Shown in pieces: positions 48,870-59,241 of a stretch of DNA of 64,000 nucleotides (its first letter is position 1; each line of letters opens with the position of its first letter). Origin of the DNA: Peribolospora baueri. Lineage: Eukaryota. A program made the translations under genes and the position numbers. The notes under the pieces were generated by a model that searched no databases, was not told the origin of the DNA, and saw only the letters and a list, made by a program, of their open reading frames with translations. The stretch is taken from NCBI GenBank assembly GCA_029717555.1, contig JAMDHS010000029.1:62001-126000 (forward strand), in the 5' to 3' direction.

Positions 48870-50513
48870 GTCATTGGTCGGTTGGAGGAGTGGCTCGTGC
48901 GCGGGGCCTGCACGACTTTGTCGGCGACGTGGGGATCGAGCCTGTGAAGAGAGGAGAATGGGGGCGACTAGGCTTGCCGGGAAGCATCATCCCGACATCG
49001 GATGGAAGATCATCTCCATGCGCATCGGTTCGGCCTTCGCCATCCCCCTCTACCTGGGTCCTCCACGCCTCGAGCGCCTTCATGTCCACGCCCTCGAACC
49101 TCACTTCCTCCCACATATGGACTGCCGTTCGGTCGCCGTCCTCGCCCTCATCCGTGCTCCCTCCTTCGGGCCTCATTTCCAGAGAATGTGCGTCCAGGAG
49201 GAGCTCGATCACGTTCCGCAGTTCGGCTGCACACGTCGACCCTTTGTTTCCTCGATTCGGGTTTGGGCGAGCGCGACTCGAAAAATGGCAGACAAGAAAG
49301 ATCGAGCGTGAGGCGCTTGACGAGTGCGGATGCAGGAATGGTGGCAGACTCAGCGCGACAGCGGCCGAACTGGGTGGTCACACAACGCGCCCAGGCATAC
49401 GAGCAAGATGCGAAGGAGTTGGGACTGAGTGCCACTTGGAGGAAGGTCGATACGCTTTTCCATGCGCCGAGCGAGAGGTGAACTCAAGTCGAGAATCCAG
49501 GGAAAGAGGCGCTGACGGAGAAGGGTTCACCTGCGCTCTGTCACACGCAGCGGCGGAGGCCCATGTGTGTCGAAGGACAAGGTGAGCGGAGAGAAGATTG
49601 GACTGAACCAACCTGGCGGCGAACAAACCATCCGAGCGCGCCGCACAAGTGCCCTTCGGAGGCTTGCGTTCGATGGCCAGTCTCAACGGCGCCGTGCGAA
49701 TGCGCCGTGGGACGAACTGGTAGCTTGTCGCTCCCCAGCCATAGTTGGGGAAGCCATATGGTGGAAAGGTTGTGTTGAAGAGGCGGCCGTCCAACCAGGG
49801 GAAGAGCTCTGCGGGCTCGAATTCCTTGTCGTTGTTCACCTTGGACGATGAGGACAAGGGGGAAAAGCGGATGGAGTCGAGGTAGCGGAAGAGGAGGAGG
49901 AGCAGACGGAGCTTGATTTAATCGGTACGATCAAGGAGGGTGCAGACGGGAAAAGAAAGGAGTTCATCAGTGGAACGTTTCTCTGCGGAACCCCGTTGTG
50001 ATTGTACCCTACCTTTTCTGGCTCCCAGTCCTTGTACCGAACCTTCAACTCAGTTCTGTACCGTCCCAGCCGCGCGATGACATCCAGATCAGCGTCGACG
50101 GAGAAGTGCACGGCGTCGTCCAATGGCATCTCGGGCCAGTCAAAGTAGAGAGGTAGGCGCCAAGCTTGAGGCTCAAACGGCTATAGAGAATGGGGGCGCA
50201 GGTTTCGTACCTAGTTGAGAATTAGATGGTGGCGGACGAACGACGACGTGATTTGGATCAGCGCACCGTACAGAGTTCCATGGAGCAACGGTCCAGCTGC
50301 TTACCGGTCACGGCACACGCTCATCACCTTGACCGCGTCCGTCCACTTGTTCCTTCGGACGCCCAGCCCTTCGGTACCAAACGACATCGAAGATCTCGCC
50401 TCAACAACGATGTGTTCAACGACATACCGAAGGACCTTTACCGGCAAGCGATGCGAAGGGGATGCTGTCTGGCAGGCAGTGGGCATGGAATCGGTGTTCG
50501 GTGGGCTTGGCAT
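48870..50513 (-). pseudogene. Probable degenerate gene with F-box-like N-terminus
   Basis: RLPVKVLRYVVEHIV...AVKVMSVCRDR*AAGPLL (F-box-like pattern with in-frame TAA at about 50301), followed by coding-like fragments PFEPQAWRLPLYFDWPEMPLDD.., FEPAELFPWLDG.., WEEVRFEGVD.. with interruptions. Confidence 0.35.
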
Positions 50514-51295
50514 CAGGCTTGGCTTGCGAAGCGCCTACTCTGCTGTGAACAGAGGTTAAAAAACAAAGGGAAAGCAGATCCTCGTCGCTGTCTTGCCCAA
50601 CAGGAAGGTTGGATCCAAGGCAGATAAACGAAGAGGTGGGGCAAACGTGGAAGAGGAGACCTGGAGAGCAATAGTCAGATACCTCGCCTTGCTCTCGTGT
50701 GGCCAGGAGAAAACCCCAATGCTCGAGTGATAAACAACTCGAATGTTGCCTATATCAAGGCCGTTCGTGATCGGCAAAATAGGGATGGGCGTTCCAGTGG
50801 CGGTGTCGGAGACGTCGGCGAGGGCGGCTGGCGCCTCAATGCTCACGATACACCGATCTGAACGCCTTAGCGTCCTCCATGGTCTCGTCGGCGACGAAGT
50901 CGGCGCCATTTGCATCGCCCCCGAGTACTTGCATGTTCGCCAGTTCGCTACGTTGGTGAAGGATGCATTCGCCGCACCGTCCGCTGTGGAGAGCATTTAC
51001 CTTAGTTCCATACTGAGGGCAATGAACCGGCAAGCATTTCCACATGGTTTCCGACGGGACCTACCGGACGTATGCTCAGCTCAGTCCTGTTCAATGCAGC
51101 GTTTCTGGCCATGACGAGTCCCTACGAGCGCGTCCACTCACGAGTCGTGAGGCAGAGGAGACATGGCAGCCCGTTGTGCTGGCTGGCCGCTGAGCTGTCT
51201 TCAAATCCGTATCTGGCGCCCAGGTCTCAATGCCACTAGGGGCTCGAATGCGAGGAGAATCTCAATAGCCCAAGTTCGTCGCCGGCCAGAAGCGA

Positions 51296-51999
51296 CTAGC
51301 CATGTACTATATATATTGTATGGGGGTCCCTGTTCGCACCGGTGTAACGGATGAAGCTGCCGACGAGAGATCCAGAGGTCGACCTATGTCAGTCATCGGG
51401 CGACGTGCAAAGGAGACATTTGCCTCGTCGCCGGCTATGTTACACTCACTAGTATTGACCGGAGGGGCCAACCGTGGGGTTGATATAGTAGCTTGCAGAC
51501 GAGGTCGACGGGTTGACGTTGGTGGCCAGGTTCTGCAGCCAAGTCTGCGCGTTGTGGCCGCCCGTGTAGAGGTCAATGGAGAAGGGGCCAAAGGCAGACA
51601 TGAGCGGGGCCTGGTTGTCCTCGTGCCACGAGACCTGGAGTTTATGGCCGCCTTGGGCGATGGACATGCTGTGACGGAACGAGAAAGCGAGACGGCAGGG
51701 TCAGCGGCCATTCGATGCGCGGGAAGGCTCACGGAACGCTCATCATAACAGACGCGTCCTTCGCTCGTCCCCCGATTTCCGCGCTTGCCCTTCTCTTCTC
51801 CGCGACGCATCTTCCCTTCCTCCCCTTCCCAAAGGCGATGTCGCACAGTCAAAGCGATGGGCGACAAAGACCGCATGCGGGGCTGCTAAGGTCACACTCA
51901 CTCGACGGGGTTCGTGGACGAGATGGTGGCCTGGGACGGGCTGGCGACGATGAGGCCGGCGAGGGCGAGGGCAGAGAGACCGGCAAAGGAGGAGCGCAT
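51296..51999 (-). CDS. Small secreted Kre9/Knh1-like N-terminal (Ser-Thr-rich GPI family) Ig-like domain protein, 3 exons, possibly 3'-truncated
   Basis: Signal peptide MRSSFAGLSALALAGLIVASPSQA, then TISSTNPV|..GGHKLQVSWHEDNQAP.MSAFGPFSIDLYTG...QTWLQNLATNV...INPTVGPSGQY|YFIRY; GT-AG introns. Confidence 0.7.
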
Positions 52000-52564
52000 C
52001 TTGATGAGTGTAGACTGGCTGGTGAGTGATAGATGGGTGAGGGTAAAGGACGAGATGGACGAGGGACGAGGAAGGAGGAAGGAGGCTGGTGTAAAGAGCG
52101 TAAGTGCTTGAGAGAGAGCGTGGAGCGAGTCGACAGTGAGTGGGACTGGTCTGAGAGGAGCGGGTGAGGAAGGAAGGGGAGGATGCCTGAGCAGACGGGA
52201 GGAAAAACAACCGCTTAAAGAGATCAAGGCGAAAGCGCTCAAGGGCGTGTGACGATGTCGTCAAAAATGAGCCAGAAAGAGAGCGTCCTCAAGGTGGAAT
52301 GTGCAACCATCGACTGCTCGCGCGTCCGCGCCGCCGGGCCGTGGCTTCTTTCCTTATAGGTAGGTGGCATCCTCCCACTAAGATGGTTCGAGCGGGAGGC
52401 CGTCGTCGTTGCGGCCGTTCGATTGGCGGCATCAGCCTGGTGCAAGGCGGCCGCGAATCCATATTGTTTTGAGGTATCGGTGTAAATGTGGAACAAGCGC
52501 ATTGCCCCCAATGCGAACCCAACCGTTCTTCCCACCATCATCGTCCTTACGGCCCTGCTTTCTC

Positions 52565-53050
52565 GCGTTCGAACAGCTCAAGACTATTCTTACGTCCGAA
52601 CCTACGCTCGCGCACCCCGACTTCACCCGCCGCCGACCCCCTCGCCGAACGACCGGTTCTCTACATTAGCCGCCGCCTCAACAAGAGCAATGAGCTTGAA
52701 ATCGCTTATCTCAGCCGAACGTAGGCAGCGACGGCGTGGGCGAGTTGGGGAAAGATGAATCCACGATGGACGGTATTGAAGGTTTCATGAATACCGAGAT
52801 GAGCGAGATCGTCATGACAAAGTTTGAGCACGTCCTTGCGGGCGACACGGGGAGCGCAGAGACGGGGATATCCGTCATTAGGGTCGCGAAAGTAAAGAAG
52901 GCCGTTACAGAGGACGTAGTGATTATGCTCGATAGATGTTGCGGGAGGGGAGAGAGTAGAGAGACGACGCTTGAGTTCCTCGTAGACTGTGCGGTAGGTT
53001 TTGTCGGAAGGAAGAGCATCAATATAGTGGTACGCAGGGGGGAAGAAGGG
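52565..53050. mobile_element. Ty3/Gypsy LTR-retrotransposon pol relic: RT-RNaseH linker and RNase H fragments on +, integrase zinc-binding region on -
   Basis: Plus strand: AFEQLKTILTSEPTLAHPDFTR and RPVLYISRRLNKSNELE. Minus strand: HYVLCNGLLYFRD...RLCAP...RKDVLKLCHDDLAHLGIHETFNTVHRGFIFPQLAHAVAAYVR. Confidence 0.88.
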
Positions 53051-55145
53051 GCAGGAAGACGGACACGAAGGCGATCGCATTTATGCTGGAGGAAAGCTTC
53101 AATAAGGTGGGGGGCAGCGGCGCGAAGATGATCTACACTGACCCCGGGTGTCGGAGGAAGGGTTGTTATCGTAGCGGACAAGGCTTGACAGACAACCCGT
53201 TGCCCGACACGCCCGCTTATATCCGCGCATATCCGAGCAGAAATTGGGGCATAAGCATTTCGCTCTCCTTTAGGTGTGGTTGGCCACCGAGGCATGGCTG
53301 GGCAGGAGAGAAAGCGTCGGCTCACCGATGACCTTGTATTCGATCACTTGATACTCTTGGATGTTTTTTGCATAGCGCTCTCCCTCGTAGCTCTCGTTGG
53401 AGAAGAATGACGGTCTCGTAGTTCTACAGCACCAGGTTATGATAGAAGGTAAAAGGTCAGGATCCCGCCAGACAACTATGTGAGCCTGCCCTCCCCCCTC
53501 CCCCACGAAAAGGCTTTGCAAAGAAAGACGAGGCAGAGGGAAGGAAGGACGGCTGACAAGAAGGGTTGTTCACCTGGCGGCGAAGATGTGCCCTGTAGGT
53601 TGCCATTTTAACTACGAGAGCCGACCAAGGACGACATCACATCAGCCCGACCTCAAGCTTAGAAGAACAGCGCCGGTCTAAGCGGCAAATGATCGAGGCC
53701 AAAGTTAGATCCCTGCCACTCACCGGAAACCCAAATGTATGTGATCATGACGATAAGGATGATCGAAGACACGACCGCTCCAAACCTGCGTGCGCGCAAG
53801 AAGGCGACATGACGGCATCGAGAACATCCCGTTGTTCAGGCGTCCTCACCAAGCCCGACCGCATTCAAAAGGGTGAAGAAATGCCTTGGATGAAGGTCTT
53901 GAGTGGAGAGAGAGAGATTCTCTTAAGCATGGATACTTCGTTGTCAAGGTGAATGCGAAAAAGGGAGGATAATGTCGGGCCTAACGTACTAAGTCTATAC
54001 TTTTTTGCAAAAACCTACCCAGGAGAATATAACAAACGGAATGGGGACGGAGGAAGCGCTGGAGGGCGAGCGCAATTTCTTCAAAAGCCAGGGCCTCTGG
54101 GTTTCTCAAGATATGTCCTTACCTCGAGGACTGATCAACAACCCGCTGGGGTCTGACTAGATGAGCCGGTACCCCGCCTGTCCCATCTCTCAGATCTTTC
54201 ACGCTGTATGAAGTGCCTGTAAGGATTTTGTCACTTAATATCGCATTGGAGAGGGCAGACTGCGAATGGAAGGAAATCATCTCATGTGAGGCATCAACAG
54301 CGGCAGAGCAGACAGATATTCTGTCTTATTTCTGTTCGTCATCTTCTAGGACGTGCAAAACCTCTCCAGTGGTCGCATTACAAGTGAGACAGAATTTGCA
54401 GAGACATCCCTGGCCTTACTCGGTCTGATTGGCGATGCATCTGCTAGTTTTCCTCCCTAGAAGAAGCAAAAAATAAGGAAGCCAAAGCAGAAGAGGACCA
54501 GACTAGGAGTAGAGAACAGTGATATCGCCGACTTTGACCACCCTAAAACCAATGACGAAGTTTCGGACAGTGCACGACCTGACAAGGTGGCTGGTTGGAG
54601 AAATTGCTTCTAGTCCACACTGTCCTCCACCTTTCCGCTCGCTTGCCACCCGGTCTCTGGCCCGAGCTCTGCCCTAATCAATGTTCCGCTTTTTCCTCTC
54701 TGTAGCGGTCTGCAGAGCTGTATGTCGCTAATTGTTCGATTAATTCGTAGCTGCAGAGATTGTCTGGCTCCGACGCATACTGGCATCACATCCAAAAGCC
54801 TTCCCCACCTCGTCACCGCCCTCTGCGTCTGATAGTTAGAAAGAGAGATTCCTTCTTCCCCAAGCGGTTCTCATCGTGCCATTACCAATCTGATCACAGT
54901 CCACGGCAGCTTCTTCGCATCCTCCCTTGCGTCGTCTGACCGGCCCCCCAACCCATCCCTTCAGAAACTTCTTTTTTTTCTGCAGGCACTTTGTTCTGTA
55001 TCACAACGACAAGTCCAAAGAATTCCAAGTCGACGGACCGACAGCCGTGGCTTCCCGCCCAGCCATTGATTCATCAATCAGCATTCGCTGTAGCGCCCGC
55101 CCGCTGTCACTTGCTCCGTCGGCCGATTGTTCCCCTTTAATCGCA

Positions 55146-55972
55146 CGTCAATTCGGACAGCTTCTCCTCTTTAAAATTTCGTCAACTTACCACCACAAAG
55201 ATCCTCCTAATGCCAGTTCGCGCATCTTGAATAGCCAGCAGAGCAGCACGACGCTGAAAAGGCTCCCCTCCGCGCCCGTCTATCCGCGATCGTCGGGTGG
55301 AAGTCGAGAGCATCTGCGAACGAGATCCAACGCATACGGCTCCTCCTCATCGTCACTGGAACAGAACAGCGCCGGTGCTTCCCCAGTGCTCACCAACAAC
55401 GATTACCATTACTTCCCCACTTCCGGCAAGCCTCGTCAGCGGGGCGTTCCTCCCTCAACGATCGAGGTTCCGATGAAATGCCCGGGGCATGCTTAGTGCT
55501 TTGGAAGAGACTTCGGTGGAATCCGAAAAAAGGGCCTATCAGCAATATCAGGAGCAACAACCTCCGACCCTACGCTCCTACCACACGAGCCCAGATCCTC
55601 GCGGGCTCCAGAAGTTGAGACAGTCCGCCAGCTTTACCGCTCTGCACCAACGTATGGAGACGTGGACTGGATTTTCGGGGGCAGAGATCTTGATGTTCCG
55701 AGGCGAACCTAACATGCTATTGACGAAACTGGAGAAGCTGCTCTTCTTGCTTCTTCCGCTGGGCTTCTGAGGGTTCCCCTCATCGGAGGACCTCTTCGTG
55801 GTGGGCTCCCGCTCATTGTCTTTCCGGTTGGGACACGATGTTGGCTATGACAACCAGACCGGTCAATTCACCGGTCTGCCGAAAGAATGGCAGAGGCTGC
55901 CTCAAGCAAGCGGCATTTCGGAGAAAGAGCAGGAGGAGCCAAACGATGGTCGATATCATGAGATTCTACGAA
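55146..55972 (+). pseudogene. STE20: Truncated Ste20/PAK kinase pseudogene (N-terminus + CRIB only; no kinase domain), Eurotiomycete-like, with internal inversion
   Basis: NSDSFSSLKFR/HKDPP..SRIL.SQQS.TTLKR.PSAPVYPRSS.GSREH.RTRSNAYGSSSSSLEQNSAGASPVL; LRQSASFTAL; inverted KKSSFSSFVNSMLGSPRNIKISAPENPVHV; VGYDNQTGQFTGLPKEWQRL...GISEKEQEE/TMVDIMRFYE. Multiple frameshifts and no intact start codon. Confidence 0.85.
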
Positions 55973-56562
55973 CCGGGTGATCGTCACAAGTTTTTGAATA
56001 AGTATTTAACCGCTGGCAATGATGTCACCCCATAATTTAGTGGATCCGCTGCCTCCCGAGGTTCCGTCCTTCCGACTGCCGATGCCCTTTCTTTTCATGT
56101 GTCAATCACAAAACACTACAGAACATGGGTAGAAAGGTAAAGTCCAGGCTGAAGGAGTCTTGCATCAGGTAGACTCGACCACCTCTCACAAAATCTAAAA
56201 TTTGGATACGAGAAATCGTCGCTCCACTGTGTGTTGATCGGTAACAGTTATGCGGCTTGTGGATGTATCTCCACAATGTTGGGTTACCGCAGGGAGGATG
56301 TGTTAATCCTCATGATAATCTCTGAAAACGATTTCGTTTTCCAATGCCAGAAACAAACCCCTTTTCAATTCCTTGGAATGTTGTTTCCTTGCAAGTTCAA
56401 GGGAAGAATGTTGATCTAATTGATTCAGGCGCATTGTATCAATCTGGTCTCTAATTGGTAGTAATCTCTCGGTCGCAATGTGCCGTGCCGTGTGCAGGGA
56501 AGATCAACAACACCAACACCTTGACCTTCATTCGATCTTATCACGTCTACAATGCAGCAATC

Positions 56563-57998
56563 ATGGCCTCTCTAGATCAACTCCCGTGGGCACTCATCGA
56601 GGAAATAATTCAACACCTTGATCTCAACTCTATCAAGCAGCTCCGTCTGACTAGCAAGGCCCTCAGCGCGCAATGTTTGGGCCCGCGCTTCTTGCACTTC
56701 TACAACCACCAGTCAACCGATTTGACCCAAGAGAGCCTCCAATCCCTTCATGCCCTAGCATAACATCCCCACCTGGCTCCTGCAGTCCAACATGTGATGG
56801 TACTCGCAACAACCTACGACCCATCACCCTTGAAAGGAATCCTGTCGAGTCTTGAGACCTCTTCAGCCGACGATTCTGAACAAGAAGAGTCGCCAGATAT
56901 GGTGCCCATCCCGCCTGAGTATGAAACCGCCGAGGAGAAGCTGCGTTTCGTTCAATCCGAGCTGGCATGGCTAGTGGATGAACAAAAGAAGCAAGAGGAA
57001 TCATTTTCCGATGAGCACATCGTCGATTCTGTGGCTTCAGCGCTGAAACCGCTCCGGAGGCTTGAAAGTATCTAGCTCGAAGCGACGGTGGTCCGAGCAC
57101 ACCATGTTCAGCTGTCGAGCAGAGAAGGGCCATGGAAAGCAGTCTGGCGCAGGGCCTCGCAGGTCTACGGCGTGACCATGTCCGCGGTCGCCAGAAGCGG
57201 CGTCGCATTGAAGACACTGACCGTTTACCGCGATTCACAGCGCTGCAGTGTTCCTTCCGACGACATCATATCCCGCCTCCCAGCCAACGGTCTGCATCAT
57301 CTGAAGACTACTGGCGCATCGTGAGCATGTCAATGAAGGTCGACACTAGCCCCCAGGAGAGTTCCCCAGTCCGCAGACCACCCTGGGAAGCACAGGCACA
57401 ACTCCAGGCCAGCGATCCCGCCGCAATGGCAGAAGGCAACTTTACCGGAGTTGCTCGCTTGCTAAGCTGCATGCCGAACCTCGAAAGGCTCGACCTTCAC
57501 CTCTACCGAACCTTAAGAGGAGACTTCGATGCCTACGACCAGATCTTCAAACGCATAGCGCAAGAAATCCACTTCCCCTCTCTGCAACAATGCTCCCTTC
57601 GCGGTCTCTACGCCACCGAAGAGTCAGTCATCAAGTTCCTCAAAAACCATGACCACCTCAAATCCATTGATATCGCGTACATCCATCTAACGGAGGGAAC
57701 ATGGAAGCCCATCTACGACGTCTTGAGCACGGAAATGCCTTACCTCAAACGCTTGTGTCTTTCAAGTCTATGGGGTGAAAGATTGGAAGGGCTAAGTCCC
57801 ATCTGGGATGATGATGATCGATCTGGCCAGTTCTACCTTCCATTCCGCGGCGGCAAGAAGGCTTATGCCCGTGAATTCGACGGAGAGGACATCAAAAAAG
57901 GCTTGAAGTTCCGCCCATCGCCGTCGGGCCCGATGCTAGGGTCACCGCAGGCCGCCCGCTGGAGGGTGTCAAATCGACAAGAGTTCGGGCCCCCGTGA
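56563..57998 (+). pseudogene. Intronless F-box domain (LRR-like C-terminus) pseudogene
   Basis: MASLDQLPWALIEEIIQHLDLNSIKQLRLTSKALSAQC (F-box). One frame continues through TAA at 56761 and TAG at 57073, then shifts frame near 57320 into ..VARLLSCMPNLERLDLH..FPSLQQCSLRGL..FLKNHDHLKSIDI.. Confidence 0.8.
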
Positions 57999-59241
57999 GG
58001 GTTTGACAATCACACCCATCTAATTCGTTAATCCGTGACTGGTTAGAGATCTACATTGAAGGAGATGAAGGAACCAATGGTGACTTGAAATCCGAACAAT
58101 ATTGTTGGCGTGGCTATCCGATCACTGGTTTAGTTCTGCGGCCAACACAAATCAGTGACAAAGAACGAAAGTATTTCGAGGCGCATTTCTTGCTACTCCT
58201 TTCTAAAGAGGCTACTTGGGTCGCGGTTTCAGCCAGGTGATATTGATTCAAGCTGTGAGATTTTCCAGCCACCCAATTTCGGTCAATGCGCCAACAAACA
58301 TTCTGTTTGACGCACTGTTATTGGTCTTGATTCGTTTGACTTTTCTCTAGTGATTCTTGTACTATTATGGCAGAGCCCGTTCCCGAGACACACTGGACGT
58401 CATCCTTTCCGCACCCCGCGAGTGGAAAAAGCGCGCTGTGCCAGAATTTCGTCGTCAAACATGGAATAGATCATCATGTTTGGGACTTAACTGTGTAACA
58501 TGGTTCGGACGCACCAAGAGAAGTTACAGTAAGACTACCTCCTTGTATCCCATGATCCATCGACCTGGAAAAGCGCTACCCCCGCAATGATAGACAAAGA
58601 GGATTCGATTGACCGAAATTGGAGACAAAGATCACCTTGAGACCTCCCGACAACTATTTTCAAACTTAGGAAACATGCATCGACAGATCACAATTGGCAC
58701 CAAAAAGGGGCACTATCTACACGAACCTCGGTTCATCTTGAAGGATGGCGTGGTTTAAGAAGAACGGTTCCTGGACAGACAATTAATAATCTCGGCGCAG
58801 AAAACCCTTTTGTTATTGTTCATCGACCTGTGTGCAATCTTAACGCCACCATAGCGAGGGCAGTGCTTGCGCCGCACATCATGTTGGTTTCGATTCTCAC
58901 TTCTTCTCCAAATGGGGGGAATTCTCGGAACGGCTGCGGCGGACAGTCCGGCTGCGGCGGCGACGACGACGAGGTTGCACAAGCGGGTCGCAATCCAGGG
59001 CATCAAACAACAAAATGTTGACTGCGGCAAAGATCGAGCAGAAGGTCGGCCGACCCGGTCGCACATCGTCCTCCATCCCGTCGCTTCTCCACTATCGTCG
59101 ATTCGCCCCTTTTTTAAGACTTTCGTCTCGTCGTGCTCAAAAGCGCCTTCCGACTTGCTTGGAGGACGGACTTTCGTCAGCGGCCGTATACCTTTGTTGT
59201 CGCCACCACCCTTGACCGCCTGCCACGCAGCGATTGTGACC

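Noticed and set aside
58357..58810. Possible transposase or other gene remnant at the right end of the island
   Set aside because: All frames are interrupted and no motif was recognised; BLASTX is needed.
53608..58844. TTAAC at both approximate edges of the low-GC island (53608-53612 and 58840-58844) as a possible target-site duplication
   Set aside because: A 5-mer match is expected by chance, the boundaries are only approximate, and I saw no terminal inverted repeats or transposase/recombinase.
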